A stretch of 64,000 nucleotides of DNA from assembly GCF_001194135.2 (NCBI RefSeq), contig NC_069000.1, forward strand, positions 17,277,050 to 17,341,049, written 5' to 3'. This stretch comes from Octopus bimaculoides (taxonomy: Eukaryota). This document shows positions 9,901 through 20,775 of this stretch, piece by piece. Position 1 is the stretch's first letter. Each line of letters begins with the position of its first letter. The notes beneath the pieces were generated by a model. That model saw nothing but the letters and a program-made list of their open reading frames with translations. It did no database searches and was not told the origin of the DNA. The translations under genes were made by a program, and so were the position numbers.

Positions 9901-11511
9901 AGTTATTAACTTATATTGTTTGTTCCTCCCAGCATATTTCTATTTAACTTTTTTAATATATCATTTATTAAATACGTTAACACTTAGCTGTTATTTTTCA
10001 TGCAGAAAGCATTTATGAATTATTCTTTTTCTAAATACTTCAAAGCTAGTGTGTGGTGTTGATATAGAAAAGTTTTGGGCTTCATATGCTATGGACATGT
10101 TAATCAAGCTGTCATCACATAATATGAGTTATGGAGAGAGTATCATGAGCAAAAGTTTAACAAACGTGCTCACTAGAGTGAGCTTTCTGATGCCTCAACA
10201 CTTCTATATCTGTATTGAGTGAATGAGTTTCTGAGACCTCAGTACTATTGTATCTGTTGCTAGAACAAGTTTTCTGAGGTATCAACTCCAACACATGGTA
10301 CTTTTAAAGTGTAAAAACTATAGTTCTCTCTACCATGTGAAAATTAATAAATGCATCCAATTACTCTCTATTCTTCAATTTTCAGCTTATCCAGATGCTG
10401 TGTTGAGTTGGTACAAAAAGACCTCTCGGGGAAGGGATAAAATAACTGATAATGACAAGTATGAAATTCAGAAGCTACAAAGCAGCAACCTAAGGCTTGG
10501 AGAGACTTGGTACAAACTGAAAGTGAAGAATGTCCAAGCCAATGACTATGGAACATATTACTGTGTTGGCGCAAACACTGAGGGAAAACAAGAAACTCAA
10601 ATTATATTATTTGGTAAGCAACAAAAGTTTTTTTGCTGTTTTGCCTGCACCTATGTTTACCATTCTTTGTAGAAGTATTCTGAAATTTTAGTTTAAGCTT
10701 GAAGATAGATTAATCTGTTATCTGAGTACTTGCTTAGAATATCAGTCTGAATATTCTGGTATGTATGATGAGGGACTAAGATTCCTGGTAATTTGCTGTA
10801 CTTGAGAAGACATGTGAAGTTAAGTAAAACTGTGGCTGTCCATACATATGGGTATGTCCTCTACATCTCTCTCTCAGCTGAGAGGTCATTCCCTTGTGGG
10901 CTTGCAGGTACTAGTGTCATGTACAAGTGCTTGTACTGGTGCCATGTAAAAGCACTTGCACTGGTGCCATGTAAAAAGCACCTAGTACACTCTGTGAAGT
11001 GAAGTGATTGGTGTTGGGAATGGCATTCAGCCATAGAAATCGTATCAAAATAGGCAAATGGAAGCTGGGAAACTCTCCAGTTGGCCAGCTCCTGTCAAAC
11101 CGTCCGACCCATGCCAGCATGGAAAGCAGACATTAAATGATATTGTGTTATTTTTAATACCGATTTCAAATTTCGGCACAAGGCCAGCAATTTCAAGGGA
11201 ACAGGGTAAGTCAGCTATATAGACCCCAGTGTTTAAAGACAGATCAAATGCCGCTAAGCATTTTTGCCAAGCATGCCAACGATTCTGCCAGCTTGCTCTG
11301 CTTTTGTGTTATTTTTAATATTAAAGACTGAATTTTACTTGTCCATACTGAAATGTTGTTGTTATTGTTTGTTTCAGAAACTGCAGAGTGTCAAGGCCCA
11401 AACTGCCCGTCTCCTACTGGAAGTGGATCAACTTTAAAAGTTTACAAAAGCATCCTGTTCATTCTTGGTGTGTGTTACATACTTATTTCAGATATCGCTT
11501 TTGTATTATAA
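1641..11511 (+). CDS. Lachesin/IgLON-like cell-adhesion protein (signal peptide, 3 Ig domains, GPI-signal-like C-terminus), 7 coding exons, 378 aa
   Basis: Join 1641-1695, 5655-5761, 7413-7662, 8229-8389, 9120-9321, 10386-10613, 11378-11511 (1137 nt). All introns are GT-AG and phases match (1,0,1,0,1,1). Three Ig Cys pairs: NCTV..GRYIC, LMCNS..GVYRC, LECKV..GTYYC. N-term MSHFKLILLCLSTIFINTIYG-QEP; hydrophobic C-term ILFILGVCYILISDIAFVL*. Exact orthology not established. Confidence 0.88.
3295..3487. mobile_element. Fold-back element with central CCCTAA/TTAGGG repeats
   Basis: Outer arms 19/19, inner arms 43/44 complementary. Confidence 0.75.
3501..3698 (+). mobile_element. RTE-type LINE/SINE 3' tail ending in (GAT)n
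   Basis: GGCACGTAAAAAACACC..GAGTGGTTGG..AGGAAGG.CATCCAGCTGTAGAAAC..CATGCTAGCATGGAAAGCGGAC..(GAT)n. Copies at about 8965-9090, 10900-11140, 14930-14980, 20465-20600(-), 22740-23040(-), 29580-29760(-), 36540-36810, 54880-55140. Confidence 0.8.
3704..3834. repeat. 61-bp perfect hairpin within a TA-flanked palindromic repeat (element extends to about 3905)
   Basis: 3704-3764 is the exact reverse complement of 3774-3834, with a 9-nt loop. Confidence 0.9.
5655..5761 (+). CDS. Lachesin-like exon 2 (start of Ig1: YGQEPSIVDDILPDIKRIGETGMLNCTVARLGKNA)
   Basis: tttcctctctgcag| acceptor, GCG|gtaaga donor, open frame with the first Ig Cys. Not in the ORF track. Confidence 0.88.
6380..7060 (+). mobile_element. 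RTE-clade LINE reverse-transcriptase fragment (YADD, PHD-like finger), decayed
   Basis: QGSVLSSLLF..., WELLYADDLALIAES, then a Cys/His cluster and [11 protein letters not shown]; contains stops and frameshifts. Confidence 0.85.
7413..7662 (+). CDS. Lachesin-like exon 3 (Ig1 V-set: VTWSF...DDAGRYICTI...GYITVL)
   Basis: ttgtcttcatag| acceptor, CTT T|gtaaat donor, conserved Trp and D-x-G-x-Y-x-C motif. Confidence 0.92.
8229..8389 (+). CDS. Lachesin-like exon 4 (Ig2 first half: SPPKIS...LMCNSSGIPSPNITWVR)
   Basis: Poly-T...ctctag| acceptor, AAA|gtaagt donor, C...G-x-P-x-P-x-I-x-W motif. Confidence 0.92.
9120..9321 (+). CDS. Lachesin-like exon 5 (end of Ig2, start of Ig3: NPVLMLTNVRSEDQGVYRCVADN...LECKVS)
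   Basis: ctttcaaag| acceptor, T|gtaagt donor, DQGVYRC motif. Confidence 0.92.
10386..10613 (+). CDS. Lachesin-like exon 6 (Ig3: YPDAVLSWYK...NDYGTYYCVGANTEG)
   Basis: attttcag| acceptor, G|gtaagc donor, DYGTYYC motif. Confidence 0.92.
11378..11511 (+). CDS. Lachesin-like exon 7 (ETAECQGPNCPSPTGSGS + hydrophobic tail, stop)
   Basis: ttgtttgtttcag| acceptor, phase match, small-residue spacer then hydrophobic stretch with no cytoplasmic tail, TAA at 11509-11511. Confidence 0.85.
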
Positions 11512-13086
11512 ACTGCAGTATCATGAATTCAGTATTTACAAACTCTAACTAGAGGAGGACCATCATTTAGCATGGCAATCCACAAATTTTTTTTTCTATA
11601 TGTACATACATCAGTAGTATTGCATAAAATTGCCTGTAGGATTTGGTAACGTCCTTCAATATTCTGATTTTAAAATCTTGTCATTACATTGAACATGCCA
11701 AGGCTGTTGTAACTTTATACTTTAGAACATGCCAGAGTATATAGTACTATATACTCCCATGCAAGCAAAATAGTAAATTGGAAACACAGAGAAGTATATG
11801 AAGGGTCAGTGGAAAAATTTTCCTTTAACTGTATTTAATGCAAGAAACAGCTTCGCTTCTTTCTCCAACATTTTACACATTTCAACCTATGCAAGTTAAT
11901 GTATGAAAAACAAAATAGGAATTTTGGAAGAAGTATCTATAAAACTAGTTTATAAGCATTAAATGGCTATGGGTGGGGGCACCTGAGTAAAATAGTAATG
12001 AAAGATATCCATAGATAAAAAATGGTTGAGAACCACAGCTCTAGATGATTGGTCCAATGTGGCCATAATCAAATAACTGAAATTTGCAAAATTCTCTGTA
12101 TTTTTGCTTGCATTGTACAACCTTATTTTCTTTAATAATTCCTGTAACAAGGAACAGAATGTTTTTCTTAATGATATCCTTTGTTTTAAATGTATATATT
12201 TACTATTTTTGTATAAAATTCCCCAAATTTATTATGTATTTTTGAAGATGGATAGTGTAGTTAATATATTTTTATGAATTATTTTTCACTTCTTAAATGA
12301 TATTTTCATTGTCAGACTTAAGAATATTTGAATTGTAATTTTGATGCCATAAAAAGTTGTTCAATGCTTTTCTTAAAAACCATTTTCACCTGCCATCCAT
12401 GACTATGCCAACTATCAAGGGTCATTTTAAAGACTGATATATTCAGATCCTTATGAAATCCTATTTCCCTTAAAAACTTAACCATTTCATTACTATACTT
12501 CTAATCAAAATGCACTCATATATTTCAATTAGATTCTAAAATGATCATGAATTTAGACTAGGTTTATAAAACTATAACTTTTTTGTCTGAAAATTACAGG
12601 TGAGTGCAGGTAAAATCTGAGATATAAAGTTATTTAAAATTTGTTTAAACGTCACTGTATTAAATAATATTATCTAATATTATATTATACTAAATGGTTG
12701 CTGGTTTCAAATTAATCAAACAGTAGGACTAGTACAAGATGTCAAGTTTGGTATACAACTTGGTTTACATGTAAAGTGCTGTCTCTTAATTTAATTTCTG
12801 ACAAATGTTACTATGAAATAAAAACTACTGATAGTATGATTTCCCTTAAAAGATACTAAATCTAGGAAGCAGTTTTGTAAGAGTTGTTTGCCATTCAATT
12901 TTAAGCGGTAATGTAGCACCTAAACAACCACAAGGCAGAAATTTCGAACCTGAATAGGATGATGGGTTTTCTGAAAACTTTGTTTTTGAGATGCATTATA
13001 CATAATCTATTATATATATCAATTACTTTTTATATACCATTATTTTTTCTACCTTAACATCAACTGTTATAATTCATACATTTTTT

Positions 13087-13092
13087 AATAAA
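13087..13092 (+). terminator. Candidate polyadenylation signal of the lachesin-like 3'UTR
   Basis: AATAAA followed by a T/GT-rich downstream element, about 1.6 kb after the stop. Other AATAAA sites exist. Confidence 0.25.
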
Positions 13093-15385
13093 ATATTTGT
13101 AATATTTTCAAAATGTTCTGTTGTCATTTTACGTAAAGCATGACAGCTGATTGGAAAATTTTTAAGGTTTTTAATCTTAGAGCAATTTAAACCAGCTATT
13201 ATCCATTCTCAGTTGAAAAGTAGTAATCATGATGATACTAGGACAACATTTTGTACCATATGCAAAGACATGTGATGTCTTGCAGGCTTTTGTTGTATAT
13301 AGTAATGAAATACATGCCAACTTAAAGCATGTTATTCTGTTGAAATATACAGATTTCTATGTGGGATCTGTTTTTATCAAGGTATTAAATTGTAACTTGA
13401 TAAAAACAGATCCCACATAGTATAGATTTTTTTTTCCTGCAATCTGACTTGTACACAGTGCAGTAATGTATAGCTGTTTGGCTACTCAAATGCATTACTA
13501 TACACTTTGGGAGGTAAACCTGGAATTTAGCCACTCTCTTCACAGCAACCTTAAGAAATATGCTGGTGAATGTGACCAAGGAATTATTGTCAGCATTGGT
13601 TTGCATTGTACAAACTACATTTCTAAAATCATCAAAAAGGTTGAAGGTATCTCATTATCTAGCTGTAAGACTTTCAGCTGCAGACTGGTAAACCATTCAA
13701 AGCTATATATATATGTGTGTGTGTGTGTGTGACTATGGTACATGCATACTTAAAATTTGCATATCCAATTTGGAACATCCATCCAGAATATCATTCTGTC
13801 AGGAGCTGTCCAGAGATATGTAACTGAATATCTTTTGTTAGTTACCATATTTTGAATATTTGCTTATCTGAGCATTGACACACTAAGGGTGCAGCATCTT
13901 GCATCTGACTTAATAGAAGCCCACAAAATTATCTACCATCTTCCCAAAACTTTGATCACCTTTTTGAAATCAATACCTGTACTACCTGTGGACAAGCTTA
14001 CAAAATATAAAAAATAGTATAACATCCATGACTTTCTGGAAAAAGTTTTTACACACAAAATTGTCAATATACATCCCACGTTGGTTGTTAGCTGTCAGGA
14101 CATTACATCCTTTAAAAATTACATACTCCCCTAAATTCATCAACACTTTCTGATGTACCAATGCACTGTTTTCTTTTTATGATTCTTTTACTATTCATTT
14201 TTCTGTCTTTTATGGTTTATTCTGTTTCTGTGTATTGTGCACGTACTTCTCGTTTAACATGACTAATGGCTGCATTTTGCAGTGCATCTGAACATTGCAT
14301 ATAAGCGCTCATTATTATTACAATGATTAGTCATTCCCAATACCTTTTCTTTGAGTGAAGTTAAAGAAAAGGAAAAAGCAAGAGACTGCAACAAAGACAA
14401 TATCAAGTTTAGTGAATGTATTATGGCTGAAAAACAAAACAAAGAAGAAAAAAAACTGAATCGAAGGGAGAATAACGGGAGGTAGTATTTATTGCTAACT
14501 CTGAATTTGCTTCAGGCAGACGGAGTAACAACTGCCGTTGCTTGTGGGAGATAACAGTGTAAGGGGAAATATCTGACTCTTTACACTGCGTTTATTCATT
14601 CTATTGGAAAGAACAAGACGGTCAGCTGGATTGTTTTTTTTTGGTATTGTCCTAGAATAATGAGTTTGGTACTCCTGTTATGTTTTGTTCTACATGTAAT
14701 GTAAGTAATTCTGTGTTGTTAACATTGTTGCTTTGTGCCTATGTCTGTGCTTGCGTGTATATGTGAGAAATTCTTATGAACACTCCTATAAATATGATGC
14801 TTCATGCTTGCTTTCATGAGATATTCCCATAAATAAAGGTAATTCAGTATCTTTATGACCTCTCAGAATCTAGCTAGCACTTGGATGCTTTACTCTGTAC
14901 AATACAATGGAATAGAATAGAAAACTATCCTCGTTCCACCCATGCTAGCATGGAACATGGACGTTAAATGATGATGATCCTATAGTTATGGAAATGCAGT
15001 TGCAATGACAGTCAGAGTACCACTTGTAAGAAAAGTGTATGTAAAAACCAAAGAAACCCACAACTCCCATTTGTCCCAGTTGCTGTCATGATGCCATATC
15101 TATGTAAAATACATAACACTTGGCTTAATGGCAGAGTTGGATCAATCAATGGTGAACAGGCATGATGAGATGGAGAGGTTCTATCAGCTTGTAGATGTCG
15201 ACAATAGACACAAGAGTAAGCATTTGATACTTGAAGTGCCATCAGGACTTAGGTTCTTTGCAGTACAGTTCTGACCCCAAACGATTGCATTACAAACGGA
15301 TTGTAGAAAAGGGAGCGGGGAAACAATAATGATGATGATATGAGAGAAACATTCAATATAGTTGAAGATAATTGTTTAGTTTAGA

Positions 15386-15954
15386 CTAAGAGGTCACTAG
15401 GCTGATAGAGACAATAGCAATGATATATTGCTGAGTGACACAATCTCTAAAAGCAAGGTATGGTGACAAATCAGATAGGGTAGATAGATCTCTGAGGTGT
15501 AAATATGCTAAATGGTGTTGTTTACTGCCCTCTTCCAGTGGCTGGTATTCGAACTGTGTTAGCAATTTCATCACAGAAATGAAAGCAACTAGCTTATCTG
15601 TAGTGACATTTCTGTAAATTACAAACTCAACCATAGGAAGTTGTTTTACACAGGAAAGCTGTATGAACTCATACAGGAAGGCATCTAATTCAGAGATCTG
15701 AAGAGATAAAAGAGAGAAACAAAAAAAAAAAAANNNNNNNNNNAAAAAAAAAAAAAAAATTGTCACCTTTTCAAAATAGTTTTTTGTTTTTATAAAAAGT
15801 GAATCTGGCCAAGTAGGTTCAATTTGATAATGTGGTTTTAATGTTGATTGGATGAGCCTTGTTATGCCTGATGGACAGTGTTGCTCTGAGATATTTTCTT
15901 GTAGGATCCCCAATGTGTCATACAAAGTTAATGGCATGAAGTTTATTTTGATGA
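15386..15954 (-). CDS. Unrecognised spliced ORF: exons 15954-15767 and 15697-15386 (terminal, TAG); possible 5' micro-exons 16137-16123 and 16040-16022
   Basis: Two stop-free, non-repetitive exons (62 and 103 codons) joined in phase by AAG|gtgaca ... ctcttttatctcttcag|ATC. Peptide IKINFMPLTLYDTLG...NYFEK|ISELDAFLYEF...HHLAYLHLRDLSTLSDLSPYLAFRDC...VTS*. No family recognised. Confidence 0.5.
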
Positions 15955-17454
15955 CTGGAAGAAATCGGCTCATACTTAACTTTATCATTAATTTATTTTT
16001 TCGGTTTTATAACATACTGACCCACACCCCTATCTTGTACCTAATAAAGAAAATATCATTATTATTATTATTATTTTCAACTGCTGGTATTTGTAGATAT
16101 GCCATTATATGCTCTAGTTTACATGATTGTTAGACATGTCTGAATTATATTTGGATATTGATGCATGTAGAGTCACTATGATGAAGATTTTAACTTTGTT
16201 AAGGCAACATTGTTGTGTTTGTGTTGATATATTAAAGCAGCAAATAAAACAGAAATTTTCATTAATGTTCACTCCAAGTTCTATGTAACTGTTTATTCAA
16301 AATAGTTGATATGGTAATAAAAAAAAATTTCGTCAAAATAAAGCATATAAATACTAAGAACTAACATTTTAAATATGAATATGATGGTCAGATAATGTAT
16401 ATATAAGTAAAGGGCATTTAAAAAAAAAATGAAATGTATATATATTGGGTAAGAGAGAGAATGAGAGATAATAAAAACTGGGAGAGTAGAAAAGACTAAA
16501 AGGTAAGTAAAGGGATAGGAGAAAGGAAATGCAAAGAAAAACTTGACTGGAGCTTAAAAACAAGGAAAACTGTACGATAGATTGCATGTTGAAAGAGAAA
16601 GGAAGAATATTAAAAAATGAAGTAGTGTAGAAATAGAAAGATTTCAGAAAAATGAGGCAATCATGATAATAGAACAGGAAGGAGGATAGGAGATGGAAAA
16701 GAGAAAGAAATGGTAAAAGTCTGAGGAGCATATAATTACAGTACAAAGAATCAGAGTTTACATAAATATATGAAAGAGAATAAATTAAAATTAAGTAAAA
16801 ATACCAGCAAGATTCAGATGATAGTTTCAAGTTCTTTCTCTAATACCAAGAAAAAGCAATGTTACTAATAACCATTTACAAATAGTTTTCAATCTAATGT
16901 AAAATATCTTTGAACATTTAAAGATATTTTGCATAAGACTGAAAAATATTAGTAAACTGTCATCAGCAACCTTGTCTTTTTCTCATTATTGGGAAAAAGA
17001 CTTGAAATTATCTTCTGAGTCTTGTAAATATTTTCATTTAATTTTAATTTATTTTATTGTAGATATTTAGATATTTACTGAAGCCCAGATCATCTGTACT
17101 GCAATAATATGCTCTCTTTCTCTTTTGTATAACCTTTCCGCCTTCATCTTCAATTGAGATTTCCCTTTCTTTTCGTAGAATTTTCATTCTATTTCCACAC
17201 AATCTTTCCCATTTTTCCTTCAGTGTTTTTCAACTCTTCCCCTTCATTTCATTTTCCTCCTCCCCTCTTTCACAAGTACCATCTTTCTCAATGTTGTGCT
17301 TCTCTTTATTAAACAGATGCCACCAACCCACAATAAATATAACCTTACTGTTATATTAAAACTTACTGTATCAATTATATAATACTCCATAATACATACT
17401 TCTTACTATCTTCTCTCTCTCTCTCTCTCTCTTGCACTTTACTAACTTTTATCT

Positions 17455-17723
17455 TTTACATGTTTCAGTCATTGGACTGCAACCAAGCTGGGGCACTGCC
17501 TTCAAGGGTTTTGTCAAACAAATTGACCCCAGCACTCGATTCCTTTTTTTACTTTTTAAGTCTGGCACATGTTCTATCGGTCTTTTTACTGAACCACTAA
17601 GTTACATGGACATAAACAAACCAACACCAGTTGTCAAGAAGTGGTGGGAAAGAAACACAAACACACACACACACATATAACATATGTGTGTATGGATCTA
17701 GGAGACAGAAACTGAAAGAAGCC

Positions 17724-17801
<78 letters not shown>

Positions 17802-17960
17802 CAATACATGATGGGTTTCTTTTAGTTTCGGTGCACCAAATCTACTCACAAGGATTTGGTTGGTTTATGGCAATAGACTTGCCGAAAGTGCTATGCAGTG
17901 AGACTGAACCAGGAACCATCTGGCTTGGAAGCAAACTGCTTACCACACAGCCACCAAGCC
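17455..17960 (-). mobile_element. Copy of the second SINE family with expanded (TA)n
   Basis: Reverse complement of the 41998-42428 family head and tail. Confidence 0.75.
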
Positions 17961-18438
17961 TATAAGCCATTATTTTCTTAAAGTTACAATTCAATTTTCT
18001 TCTCTTATTTCTCCACTTCCTCTTTCTTTCCCCCCCAGTCCTGCTCTCTCTCTCTTTCTCTTGATTTCACTCTGTCTTCTTAAATGTATACCTCGTTTTT
18101 TACTCTTTTATATATATATATATTTATATATATATAGCTTGTTCAACTAACATCTATATACGTTTGCATCTTAGTATTTATAAATTCTATTTTGACCAAT
18201 ATTTTCTTGACCACATCAGCCTGTAAATTTCATATAAAGATATCAGTTGCTTTAAATGAGGTAACGGGGAAACTTGGAGTAAACAAAGGTAAAAATTTGT
18301 TTCATTTGTTGTTGTTATTGTTATCATCATCATCATCATTATTATTATTATTAACTAGATACTGAATAACTTTTTCTTGTTTGTATGTGTGTGCTTATAA
18401 ACATGCACATACATATGCACATGTTTATGTATATGTGC

Positions 18439-18486
<48 letters not shown>

Positions 18487-18791
18487 CATATGTGTTGGAA
18501 TAATGTGAAAACCTGTACTGTATTGTATTGTTGTAATAAGATAGAGTACTGCACTGTTGAGCTGTGCTATGTGTATAGCAACAGCTAATAGTTCAAATGT
18601 GTGGTTAAGTAGTTAAGAGGTAGACAAGGTTGCACACAGAATGTGGCAGCATTCACATTTACACCAATGCTCAGACATGCATCAATACAGAAAAAAAAAA
18701 AAAGAAAAACTTCCATACTGGCAGACAAACAATATTATAAAACACTCTCATTAGTGAGTGTTGCTCAAGTCAAGTACAAGGCAGAGCTTGG

Positions 18792-19774
18792 CTATGACAC
18801 TTCACTCGAGTGGCTGTCTAAGCTTGTTGCTATAGAAACGTGGTTCGGATTACATGAAGCTGACGACTGTGTGCCAAGAGAAAGCGTTAGTCCAGAAGAT
18901 GAAGTGGCAGTGGTAGCTATGGTAAAAGATGGTGACTGTGTGGATGATGGAGGTGAGGTAGTGGTGATGTGTGTACCAGCTTCACTGACTGATGAGGAAT
19001 TCCGTTCAGTGTGACTGGCAGCAAGCACCAGGTTTGTCCCTGTGCTCATGTTCAGTGGGGTACTTACAGTTAGTGTTGGGATTGATGTTACTAGTGACGT
19101 CATTGCTGTACTAGTATTAACAACAGCATTGTTGGGAGTAGTTGTAATAGTGGTGTTATTGGTATTAGTCACATATTCTCTGCCTGTAGTAGTGGTAGTA
19201 GCAGTTGTAGTAGTTGTAGTGGTGCGACCATTGGCTGCTGCTGTCACATTAGAGAGTACACTATTCATAATTTGGGCAGAGGTCATGGGTGGTTGGACTG
19301 CACTGACAATGTTATGGTCAGCATTTGTTATATTGTGCACGATTTGCAGTTGCGGCCCAGACAGTGAGCTGGGTGGATTTATCCTCTTCTCTTTTTGACG
19401 CCGATTGCAGAACCAGACACGAACAACTTCCTTCTCCATTGTGAGGTTGTCAGCCAGCATTGAGATCTCTTCCGAAGATGGTTTGGGGTTCTGGATAAAA
19501 CTCTTCTCCAATGCTACACGAATTGATGACTCTATGCTGGTCCGCTTCTTGCGCCGGCGACCAATGGATTCTGCCGTAACAGGAGAACCCGGAACAGAAG
19601 AAGGATTTGAGGATATAGAATCAGCATCTGCTAACCATTTCTGCAGAAGGGGCTTTAGTTTACACATATTTTTAAAACTGAGGTTAAGAGCTTCAAAACG
19701 GGATATTGTAGTTTGGCTAAAATCATGTCCATATAATTTGCCCATGGCTAAACCAACATCACCTTGCGTGAAAC
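18792..19774 (-). CDS. POU2F1: POU2 last coding exon (most of POU-S, linker, homeodomain, S/T-rich C-terminus)
   Basis: tttttcttttag|GT TTC ACG CAA; ORF-track 18792..19745 extended to the acceptor. Confidence 0.97.
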
Positions 19775-20744
19775 CTAAAAGAAAAAGTTTAACTGAATGA
19801 GATTTGAAGAAAAAATATCAACTTTAAAATCAGTTCACATAGAATGACTTGCTACACACACACACACACACACACACGCAAAGGAAAATACACAAATAGA
19901 AGACTTCAAACAGAATTTTAAAATCTATATTAGTGGCAAATTGACCTCAATACTTTTCATTTTCTTTTTTAAATCTAGTACTTATTCAACAATGGACTTA
20001 TGCAGAGTTTCCATCAACAAAACTCACTCATAATACATTAGTTGGTCTGGAGCTAAAGTAAAAGACACATGTCTAAGGTGCTGCACAGTGGGACTGAACT
20101 TGAAGCCACATGGTCAAAAAGCAAGCTTCTTAATCCCACAGCCATACCTGCACTTATGAGAATCAATACACTTTATCTACATTAATTATTCTGAGTCTTC
20201 TACATGTTTTTTGGGGTTTTTTTTTTAATAGATAGCGAGAATCAATCTGAGAAATTATACCAGGAAAAATTAAAATATATACTTCTGGATGTCCAAAGAA
20301 TCAAAGTATATGTTGATATAAATTTGGGTCCCCTCCTCCTCCTCCTCTGGGGGTCAAAGAATGTAGCATTGGTAAGTTAGAGAAGTACTTTTCCTAGCTA
20401 ATGTTGCTTAAAGTTGTACAGGATGATGTTAGTGAAATCTAATGGCAATCCTTGACTGGATTATCATCATCATAATCATTATTTTAATGTCCATTTTTCC
20501 ATGCTTGTATGGGTTGGATGGAGTTTATTGATGCAGATTTTCTCTGGCCAGATGCTCTTCCTGTTGTAACTCTCACCTATTTCCAAGCAAGGTAATATTT
20601 CCCTATGCCCAGGTATGTTCTTGTGGAATACTGGAAATGAATGAAATTGCTTGTATGACAGTGACATTCATTTTATAACTATCACACAATATCAAGCTAA
20701 GGAGACACAAACACTCATATGTAAGCACATATGTAAAGAAAGAA

Positions 20745-20775
<31 letters not shown>

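Noticed and set aside
15012-15300. Additional exon of the unknown gene
   Set aside because: All frames are interrupted by stops and it lies downstream of the TAG at 15386.
16369-16830. 153-aa hydrophobic minus-strand ORF
   Set aside because: Reverse complement of a GA-rich low-complexity tract; F/L/S bias without motifs.
17631-18588. ORF-track peptides with [12 protein letters not shown] or VCVCVC runs (also 40454-41166, 41943-42316, 44855-45572, 55377-56407)
   Set aside because: Translations of (TA)n, (CA)n and (TG)n microsatellites and N-gaps; no splice or compositional support.
18643-19800. Plus-strand ORFs of 118-131 aa overlapping the POU exon (and 22244-22444)
   Set aside because: Antisense shadows of a genuine coding exon.
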